Source of the DNA: a virus | Length of the DNA: 43,022 nucleotides | Strand: one strand, 5' to 3' | Virus record (IMG/VR): IMGVR_UViG_2518645623_000001 | Coordinates: 1 to 43,022 of that record | Shown: one piece after another, positions 37,925-43,022 of the stretch | Layout: every line of letters begins with the position of its first letter | Position numbering within the stretch: position 1 is the stretch's first letter | Made by a program: the position numbers and the translations under genes | Notes under the pieces: generated by a model | Told to the model about the DNA's origin: nothing | Databases searched by the model: none | What the model saw: the letters and a program-made list of their open reading frames with translations, nothing else

Positions 37925-38788
37925 TTACGCGTTCGCCAGTCCGGCGAGCATCTCCCGGCTTGCGTCCGGGGACATCGCCGCACTCGCAACATCCGCGAGA
38001 GTAGCGCGGGCGCGACCCACCGCGTAGGCACTCTCCAGGTAGACCGGGCCGGCTTGGCCCTCGACGTGGGCGACGTCCAGCTCTGGGTCGTCATCATCGA
38101 ACGTGAAGAGCGTCACGCTGCCATCCAGGCCGAGATGTCCGGGGTGTGAGAACGGGACGATCTGAATGGTGATGTGCGGCTGGCACGCCGCTGACCACAG
38201 CTCCGCGAGCTGACGGCGCATCGCCTCGGCGCCCCCGACCTGCTGCCGGATCACCGCCTCGCCGAGCAGTGCGTGGAACCGCGGCGACGATCCGCGCAGC
38301 AGCAGCGTGCGGTGCATGCGAGCCTCGACGCGGCGAGCGACCTCCGCCTGGCGGCGAGCGACCTCCGCCTGGTCGACGCCGAGCGCGGCCGCACGGCTGA
38401 TGACCGCTGCGGCGTACTCCTCGGTCTGCAGCAGTCCCGGCACGAGCATCGCTTCCCAGCTCGTGATCGCGACCGCCTCGTCCTCCAGCGCCATGAACGA
38501 GCTGCCGAAGAGCGGGTCGAACGCGGTCCACCACCCTCGCCGATCCGTCTCTCGACTGAGGGCGAGGAGCGCGTCGCGCTCTGGGCTTGGGACGCCGTAC
38601 AGCTCCATGATCTTCTCGACGTCGGTGGGTTTCGGTCGGTTGGTTCCGGACTCGATCCGTGACAATTTCGCGGTCGACCATCCGAGCTGGCGAGCAGCTT
38701 TAGTGATCGAAAGTCCCGTCGCCTCGCGGTGTTTGCGGAGCGCGGCAACGAGTTTCCGCAGACGGACAGTCGGGAGCACAGCCTGCAC
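37925..38788 (-). CDS. XRE-family HTH regulator with DUF5753-like C-terminal domain (WhiJ/Scr1-like)
   Basis: 287 aa with GTG at 38788 preceded by AAGGTGA. N-terminal HTH is LSITKAARQLGWSTAKLSRIESG. Contains WWTAF......ALEDEA and LVPGLLQTEEYA. A/T-ending codons are unusually frequent in the 5' part. Confidence 0.85.
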   Translation of the reverse strand: MQAVLPTVRLRKLVAALRKHREATGLSITKAARQLGWSTAKLSRIESGTNRPKPTDVEKIMELYGVPSPERDALLALSRETDRRGWWTAFDPLFGSSFMALEDEAVAITSWEAMLVPGLLQTEEYAAAVISRAAALGVDQAEVARRQAEVARRVEARMHRTLLLRGSSPRFHALLGEAVIRQQVGGAEAMRRQLAELWSAACQPHITIQIVPFSHPGHLGLDGSVTLFTFDDDDPELDVAHVEGQAGPVYLESAYAVGRARATLADVASAAMSPDASREMLAGLANA

Positions 38789-38829
38789 GGGCGGTCACCT
38801 TACGTCGATATTCGGTCAGTCTCTTTGCC

Positions 38830-38879
38830 GCAACGTTGCAGCGATTTCTGCACCGTTGCTTGCGACCATGCAACGTTGC
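38830..38879. promoter_or_regulatory. Three phased 10-bp palindromic operator candidates (GCAACGTTGC)
   Basis: GCAACGTTGC at 38830..38839, GCACCGTTGC at 38850..38859, GCAACGTTGC at 38870..38879. Spacing is exactly 20 bp. They lie in the divergent intergenic region 38789..38948. Confidence 0.65.
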
Positions 38880-38948
38880 GGCGCACACTAACAACATCAC
38901 CACAGCCTGACACGCACGGTGATCATCTGCACTAGCGGAAGGTCCATC

Positions 38949-39197
38949 ATGCCGAGCATCACGACGGTCGCGGACGATAATGCAGGAACGCATAGCCCGG
39001 AATACGCGGCGCGAGCTGCGCGCAGCCTCGACCGCGAGTCCCCGCCGACCGTGCGCGTTTGGTGGGGCCCCGCCACCGGCAAGTACCTGGCCGTCGTGGT
39101 GTCGGCGGCTGGCCGCCAGCGGGATCGCCTGCTGGAGGCCGCGACGCCGGCCGAGATGCACGCGGCGATCCGCTCGGCCCTCGCCTGGCCGTCCTGA
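38949..39197 (+). CDS. Hypothetical 82-aa protein (first gene of a two-gene cassette)
   Basis: ATG at 38949 is preceded by GGAAGG. Reads MPSITTVADDNAGTHSPEYAARAARSLDRESPPTVRVWWGPATGKYLAVVV... Confidence 0.55.
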   Translation: MPSITTVADDNAGTHSPEYAARAARSLDRESPPTVRVWWGPATGKYLAVVVSAAGRQRDRLLEAATPAEMHAAIRSALAWPS

Positions 39198-39448
39198 TGG
39201 CGACGTACCTCATCAAGCGCCACCAGCCCGGCTACTACTTCGTCCTCCGGACGCAGCCCGGCAGCTCCACGGGTGTGCCCGCCGCGAGCACCCAGCGAGA
39301 GCAGGACGGCCGCTGGGCCACGCGGCGTCTGCCGAACGGCCCGATCGAGAAGCAGGAGAACCCGGGCCTGGACACCGACGCGGAAAACGTCCGCGCGGTC
39401 CTGGCCCGCTTCCTCGGCGTCGAACTCGACGCCGTGTCGGGCCCATGA
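39197..39448 (+). CDS. Hypothetical 83-aa protein (second gene of the cassette)
   Basis: ATG at 39197 overlaps the upstream TGA (TGATG). Reads MATYLIKRHQPGYYFVLRTQPGSS... Third positions are G/C-rich. Confidence 0.6.
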   Translation: MATYLIKRHQPGYYFVLRTQPGSSTGVPAASTQREQDGRWATRRLPNGPIEKQENPGLDTDAENVRAVLARFLGVELDAVSGP

Positions 39449-39451
39449 TCG

Positions 39452-39662
39452 CCGCTGCCTGCCAGAGCGGAGGGCCTGGTGGGCAGCGGTCACCACGTGG
39501 CCGGCCAGTCCATGGGCCGGCCACAACCGCACCCCCGCCCGGGTGCGGGGCTGTCGGGGCACGCACCCGGGCGGGGGCGGGTGGGGACCGTAACCCGGGG
39601 CGGGGCGGTCCCCACCCACTGTACGCGCGGTGCCTCTCCACCCCCGGCGGGGAGGCACCGCG
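39452..39662 (+). other. Cluster of five GC hairpins plus a G-tract run in a 320-nt non-coding gap
   Basis: Stems lie at 39452..39489, 39498..39523 (TGGCCGGCC/GGCCGGCCA), 39527..39548 (CCGCACCC/GGGTGCGG), 39579..39617 (GGGTGGGGACCG/CGGTCCCCACCC) and 39626..39662 (CGCGGTGCCTC/GAGGCACCGCG). GGGCGGGGGCGGGTGGGG lies at 39569..39586. Confidence 0.6.
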
Positions 39663-39768
39663 TCCCGGGCGGGGTGGCCGGATGGTGACACGAGTGTCGC
39701 CAACGGCAACGCGTTCGGGACGCGCGGCGTCTCACAGCGGAAACCCCCGATCCCAGGAGTCACACCCC

Positions 39769-40272
39769 ATGTACCAGCCGCCCATGCCCCCACCCCCGCC
39801 TCCCGCCCGGCATGGCCTGCCCGGCTACGCCGGCGCTCTGCTCGCGATGGGTGGCCTGGTACTAGGCGCGATGGGCGGCTGCGTCGTCGGCGTCGGCATC
39901 GCCTCGACGCCGGACCCACAGGCACGGCCGGTCGCGACGCTCACGGTCACGCCCACGCAAGCGGAGACCTCGCCCGCCTCGATCCCGGCATCGGCGTCGC
40001 CCACCCAGTCGGCTCCGGCCAAGTCGCCCACCCCCGTGCCGACGCCCGTGACGAAGGTCAAGGTGCCCGACCTGGAAGATCTCGACGGCGCTACGGCGGA
40101 GTCGAAGCTGAGCCAGCTCGGCGTCACGAACGTCCAGTTCTCCAGCGCTGACCCCTCGGCGAGCGTGGTCATCCTCCCGGCCAACTGGCGCGTCGTGGGC
40201 CAGACGCCGGACGCGGGCAGCCGCATCGAGCCCCACGCCCTGGTCGTCCTGCGCGTGAAGAAGATCGCCTAG
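39769..40272 (+). CDS. Membrane-anchored protein with an extracytoplasmic PASTA-like domain
   Basis: ATG at 39769 is preceded by CAGGAG. Has a Pro-rich N-terminus, a TM helix (GALLAMGGLVLGAMGGCVVGVGIA) and a Pro/Thr/Ser linker. VKVPDLEDLDGATAESKLSQLGVTNVQFSS...VVGQTPDAGSRIEPHALVVLRV fits the PASTA pattern. Confidence 0.75.
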   Translation: MYQPPMPPPPPPARHGLPGYAGALLAMGGLVLGAMGGCVVGVGIASTPDPQARPVATLTVTPTQAETSPASIPASASPTQSAPAKSPTPVPTPVTKVKVPDLEDLDGATAESKLSQLGVTNVQFSSADPSASVVILPANWRVVGQTPDAGSRIEPHALVVLRVKKIA

Positions 40273-40282
40273 GGCATGACGA

Positions 40283-40313
40283 AACGCCCCCGCCCGTAAA
40301 GGGCGGGGGCGTT
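40283..40313. terminator. Bidirectional terminator hairpin between convergent genes
   Basis: AACGCCCCCGCCC gtaaa GGGCGGGGGCGTT, a 13-bp stem. Confidence 0.7.
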
Positions 40314-40446
40314 CGCGTCCCGGCGCTGCCGAGGGCCGCGCCGGGACTGCGCTGGATGTGAGGTGGCCGCCGCTCCAGCAGGCAGACGGCCGTATCGCAA
40401 GTCGTACCGAGTGGCGCCCGGGCACGCCCGAGCAGTTCGTTCCAGC

Positions 40447-40773
40447 CTACGGCGTGCCGTTGGTCCCGGTCGAGCGGTGCGCGGCCGCACGGAGCCGGGC
40501 CAGCTCGGCGTCCGAGACGCCACCGCCCGGGTAGACGGGCTGGCGGGCCAGGCCGAGCAGCCGCCCGGCGCCGGGCCACCGCCGTTCCAGCAGCCGGACC
40601 CCGACGTAGTAGACGGTCTGGGCCGCGACGGCGAGCGCGATGGTCAGGGCGACGGTGAGCCGGTCGGACAGGTCGGCGGGCACGGCGACGCCGGCGCCGA
40701 GCGCCAGGCCGACACCGCCCCCGACGATCTTGCCCGCGATGTCCCGGACGATCGAGGTCATGAGGTCGGACAT
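40447..40773 (-). CDS. Small membrane protein (two TM helices)
   Basis: 108 aa. Reads MSDLMTSIVRDIAGKIVGGGVGLALGAGVAVPADLSDRLTVALTIALAVAAQTVYYVGV. Third positions are almost uniformly G/C. Confidence 0.7.
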   Translation of the reverse strand: MSDLMTSIVRDIAGKIVGGGVGLALGAGVAVPADLSDRLTVALTIALAVAAQTVYYVGVRLLERRWPGAGRLLGLARQPVYPGGGVSDAELARLRAAAHRSTGTNGTP

Positions 40774-40854
40774 GATGCCTCCAAAATGGCGCTGACCAGC
40801 GTCATCGCCGTGTCTACACTCGTAGTAGTCGATCTACCTGCAGGCGGTGATCGC

Positions 40855-41172
40855 ATGGACCACCTCGCCCGGTTGGACACTTCGCCCGATGCGACGAGCC
40901 CGGCGTGCAGCGTCTGCGGCCGTCCCGTCGTCGGCGCCGCCTCGGACCTGCGGCACGAGGACGAGGCGCGGCGCCCGCGGCTGCTGCCCGCGCGTGGCGA
41001 TGTCGCTGCCGTGCGCCGCGCCGAGCTCGTCGCCGAGCGCGCCCTGGCGGGCATGGTCTGGACGCCGAGCGCGACGGCCGCCGACCGGGCGGCCGCCGTG
41101 GTCGAGGCCCTGTACGCCGCCGGGCTGATCAGCGCGCGGCCGCGGGCCGTCCGGCCGCGCGCCGTGGCCTAG
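40855..41172 (+). CDS. Hypothetical protein
   Basis: ATG at 40855 (MDHLARLDTSPDATSPACSVCGRPVVG...) with G/C-rich third positions. Its TAG overlaps the methylase TAG on the opposite strand within CTAG (41169..41172). Confidence 0.6.
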   Translation: MDHLARLDTSPDATSPACSVCGRPVVGAASDLRHEDEARRPRLLPARGDVAAVRRAELVAERALAGMVWTPSATAADRAAAVVEALYAAGLISARPRAVRPRAVA

Positions 41173-41921
41173 CCCGAGACCGTGACCGGCGCCGAGCTGC
41201 TCGCCGCGAGCCGCTCGGCCCCGATCGTCGCGTAGTGCTCAGTGACCTCGATGCCGACGAACCGGCGGCCCTCGGCGAGGGCCGCGACGCCCGTGGACGC
41301 GGCGCCGGCGAACGGGTCGAGCACCATCCCGCCGACCGGACAGACCTGGACGAGCTGCCGCAGGACATCCGTCGGCTTCTGCGTGATGTGTCGCCGCTCG
41401 CGGCCGCGGGGCTGCGAGCCCTCGACCAGGCCGGGTAGATAGATCGGCTCGACGTGGCGGAGCGGCGGCCCGTTGCTGGCCCACAGCACGTACTCGCACT
41501 CGCTCTTGAATCCGTTCCGGCACGGGCGCGAGATGCGCTTGCGCCAGGGGATGATGCCGCGCCACGTCCACCCGGCGGCCTGCAGCGCGTCGCTGGTCGC
41601 CGGGAGCTGCCGCCAGTCTGTGAAGACGAGCGCGGACGCGCCGGGCGTCGCCGCGCGCAGGGACTCTGACAGCACCAGCGTGAGCCAGTAGCCGAAGCTG
41701 CGCTGGTCGCGGTTGTCGCCGGCGAAGTCCGCCAGGTCGTGGGCGGCGTCGCCGCTGACGTACTTGCCGCGGGCGGAGTCGCCGCGGCGCGCAGTCGCCG
41801 TCCTGCCGCCGCTGTTGTACGGGGGGTCGGTCAGGATCAGGTCGACGCTGCCGTCGGGCAGCGTGGGCAGGACGGCGAGGGCGTCGCCGTGGTGGATCGT
41901 CCAGGTGTCATGGGAGGGCAT
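41169..41921 (-). CDS. DNA methyltransferase (N6-adenine/N4-cytosine family, DPPY motif), with no partner nuclease seen
   Basis: 250 aa. LILTDPPYNSGG (motif IV) precedes DPFAGAASTG (motif I), the beta-class order. ATG is preceded by AAGGGGGAA. Confidence 0.92.
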   Translation of the reverse strand: MPSHDTWTIHHGDALAVLPTLPDGSVDLILTDPPYNSGGRTATARRGDSARGKYVSGDAAHDLADFAGDNRDQRSFGYWLTLVLSESLRAATPGASALVFTDWRQLPATSDALQAAGWTWRGIIPWRKRISRPCRNGFKSECEYVLWASNGPPLRHVEPIYLPGLVEGSQPRGRERRHITQKPTDVLRQLVQVCPVGGMVLDPFAGAASTGVAALAEGRRFVGIEVTEHYATIGAERLAASSSAPVTVSG

Positions 41922-41951
41922 GACGTTCCCCCTTTGGGAGGTCGTGAAGGG

Positions 41952-42113
41952 TCAGGGATCTTCGGGCGGCCGCGCGCGGTCCACGACGTGGTTGACGACC
42001 GCGCGCCACGCCTTCCGCTCGTCCGCGGACAGGTCCTGCCAGGCAAGGCCGCCGCCGCGGGTCGTGCAGTAGCGGGCGTACGCCTCGCGTGCGATCTCGT
42101 CTACATCGCCCAT
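41952..42113 (-). CDS. Hypothetical 53-aa protein (below the ORF-track size cutoff)
   Basis: My translation is MGDVDEIAREAYARYCTTRGGGLAWQDLSADERKAWRAVVNHVVDRARPPEDP*. ATG at 42113 is preceded by GGGGGTGAG. Third positions are G/C-rich. Confidence 0.5.
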   Translation of the reverse strand: MGDVDEIAREAYARYCTTRGGGLAWQDLSADERKAWRAVVNHVVDRARPPEDP

Positions 42114-42139
42114 GCTCACCCCCTATTTGTCTAATCGGC

Positions 42140-42168
42140 TTGACAGTCATCGCGTGGGCCCGTACCGT
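42140..42168 (+). promoter_or_regulatory. Sigma-70/HrdB-like promoter
   Basis: TTGACA (42140..42145), 17-nt spacer, TACCGT (42163..42168). Lies in a lower-GC intergenic region upstream of 42207..42599. Confidence 0.55.
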
Positions 42169-42206
42169 TCAAAGTGTCAAATCAACTAGACACCAAGAGG
42201 TGCGGG

Positions 42207-42599
42207 ATGATGATCACTCAGACGGTGCAGCTCGCCGGCGAGACCGTCGAGATCCGATCCGGGACGGCGCCCGCGCACCGCACCTACGAGGCGGTGAGCG
42301 GCGAGACCTGGCACGGGAGCCTGCACGTCCAGCCCGCCCGCTTCGGGGTTCACCCCGTTGCCGGGGGCGTGCTCATCACCCTCGGCGCGTCGCGCAGCGA
42401 GCCGGTCGAGGTGCTCGGCTGGGGGCTCATCGGGAACGTGTTGTGCAGCCCGCAGACGTGGGAGCCGGGCGCGTCCCAGTGGGGGCCCAACCCGGTCGAG
42501 GCCATCACCGAGCCCGCCACCGTCCAGGCCGTCACCGAGATCCTGACCACCATCGCCGAGCACTACGCCGAGCACTACGCCGGCGAGGGCGTGCGATGA
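42207..42599 (+). CDS. Hypothetical protein
   Basis: ATG at 42207 lies about 5 nt after AAGAGGTG. Codes 130 aa with G/C-rich third positions. Has a 12-nt tandem repeat giving AEHYAEHY near the C-terminus. Confidence 0.65.
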   Translation: MMITQTVQLAGETVEIRSGTAPAHRTYEAVSGETWHGSLHVQPARFGVHPVAGGVLITLGASRSEPVEVLGWGLIGNVLCSPQTWEPGASQWGPNPVEAITEPATVQAVTEILTTIAEHYAEHYAGEGVR

Positions 42600-42826
42600 C
42601 GGCCGACGACGAGCGTGGCCCCCGCCCCCAGCGGGGGCCACGCCCCATCACGGTGGACGACGTCGCAGCCGCACGCGCCGCCCGCGACGCAGCCGAGCAG
42701 CACCTGCGCGACACCATCCGCCGCGCGCTCACCCAGCCACGCGCCCACCGGCCACGCGCCGGCGACATCGCCGCAGCCGCCGGACTCTCGCGCGGTAGGT
42801 GCTACCAGATCCGCGACGAACCCTGA
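42596..42826 (+). CDS. Small HTH-like protein
   Basis: ATG at 42596 is in an ATGA overlap. Reads MTADDERGPRPQRGPRPITVDDVAAARAARDAAEQHLRDTIRRALTQ...GDIAAAAGLSRGRCYQIRDEP. Confidence 0.6.
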   Translation: MTADDERGPRPQRGPRPITVDDVAAARAARDAAEQHLRDTIRRALTQPRAHRPRAGDIAAAAGLSRGRCYQIRDEP

Positions 42827-42836
42827 GCTCGCCGCG

Positions 42837-43022
42837 TCACTTGTGGACGCGCAGGAGGATGGGCCAGGTCTGGGGGCCGACGATGCCGTCGGCGGGGACG
42901 CCGCCCCACTTCTGGACGGCCTTGACCGCCGCCTCGACCTTGGCGTCGAAGCCGCCCTCCACGGGGCCGATCTCCTGGTGGGAGCGGGCGTGCAGGAGAC
43001 CGCGCAGGGTGTGCACGGCCTC
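42837..43022 (-). CDS. Endolysin, C-terminal part: peptidoglycan-binding (PG_binding_1-like) domain, continuing from 1..650
   Basis: My translation is ...EAVHTLRGLLHARSHQEIGPVEGGFDAKVEAAVKAVQKWGGVPADGIVGPQTWPILLRVHK*, with TGA at 42839..42837. The frame matches the left-end fragment through the 95-nt repeat. Confidence 0.85.
   Translation of the reverse strand, partial: EAVHTLRGLLHARSHQEIGPVEGGFDAKVEAAVKAVQKWGGVPADGIVGPQTWPILLRVHK
42928..43022. repeat. Terminal direct repeat, copy 2 (identical to 1..95)
   Basis: Base-for-base identity with nt 1..95. Confidence 0.97.

Larger units (their letters stand above)
1..43022. mobile_element. Complete temperate siphovirus-type actinobacteriophage/prophage genome, shown as a circular permutation
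   Basis: Late module is contiguous on the minus strand, from HNH, TerS, TerL, portal and capsid through the tail genes to lysis. Early genes run on the minus strand 32273->22799. Repressor, integrase and accessory genes lie on the plus side from 32378. Identical 95-nt ends close the circle. Third codon positions are G/C-dominated throughout. Confidence 0.85.

Noticed and set aside
38897-40272. ORFs 38897..39925 (-, 342 aa) and 38980..40272 (+, 430 aa) as large genes
   Set aside because: Both are mostly shadow sequence running through the hairpin-rich non-coding gap. Only the last 167 codons of the plus ORF (from ATG 39769, with an RBS) look like a real protein.
1-43022. The 95-nt terminal direct repeats as attL/attR of an integrated prophage
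   Set aside because: The repeat lies in frame inside the endolysin ORF, and joining the ends reconstitutes a complete amidase plus PG-binding gene. The integrase is about 10 kb from either end, and no host-like genes flank the element within the window. A circular or terminally redundant assembly is the simpler reading.
1-43022. CRISPR arrays, rRNA or tRNA genes, transposase or IS elements, and reverse transcriptase/DGR elements
   Set aside because: No regularly spaced repeat-spacer arrays, no cloverleaf-like or rRNA-like segments, and no transposase or RT motifs were seen in any frame. The repeats found are the short tandem or paralogous ones listed above.

Overview
The window is one complete, very GC-rich genome of a temperate, siphovirus-type actinobacteriophage or prophage, written as a circular permutation. 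Nt 1-95 are identical to nt 42928-43022. This repeat lies in frame inside an endolysin ORF, which the window edges cut in two, giving a unit length of 42,927 bp.

Layout:
- Minus strand, 32273 -> 22799: early genes. These are a Cro-like HTH, small membrane and Cys-rich proteins, a LuxR-HTH/Lsr2-like fusion, an initiator-like protein with internal iterons, and two sets of paralogs.
- Minus strand, 22693 -> 1 -> wrap -> 42837: late operon. In order: HNH, TerS, TerL, portal, a Zn-ribbon/protease-like/major-capsid fusion, connector proteins, tail tube, G/GT chaperone with a -1 slippery site, tape measure with an NlpC/P60 domain, Dit, Gp37-like protein, fibre, holin-like proteins and an amidase endolysin.
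- Plus strand from 32378: XRE repressor, then tyrosine integrase, then an accessory island.

No rRNA, tRNA or CRISPR was seen. Many long ORFs in the supplied track are GC-rich shadow frames.

The accessory island (33.9-42.8 kb) is the best place to look for undescribed biology. It contains:
- a six-gene integrase-proximal operon with a PP2C phosphatase and a DnaJ-type zinc-finger protein;
- a type Ib-like parA/RHH locus, followed by a perfect 34-bp CTAG-rich nested palindrome;
- a WhiJ/BldB-like XRE-DUF397 pair with three phased operators, facing a two-gene mini-cassette;
- a hairpin/G-tract cluster;
- a membrane-anchored PASTA protein;
- an orphan DPPY methyltransferase.

The cro/rep/int arrangement, with a repressor ending in VAA, also fits integration-dependent immunity.

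All functional calls come from reading motifs by eye. No database search was run.
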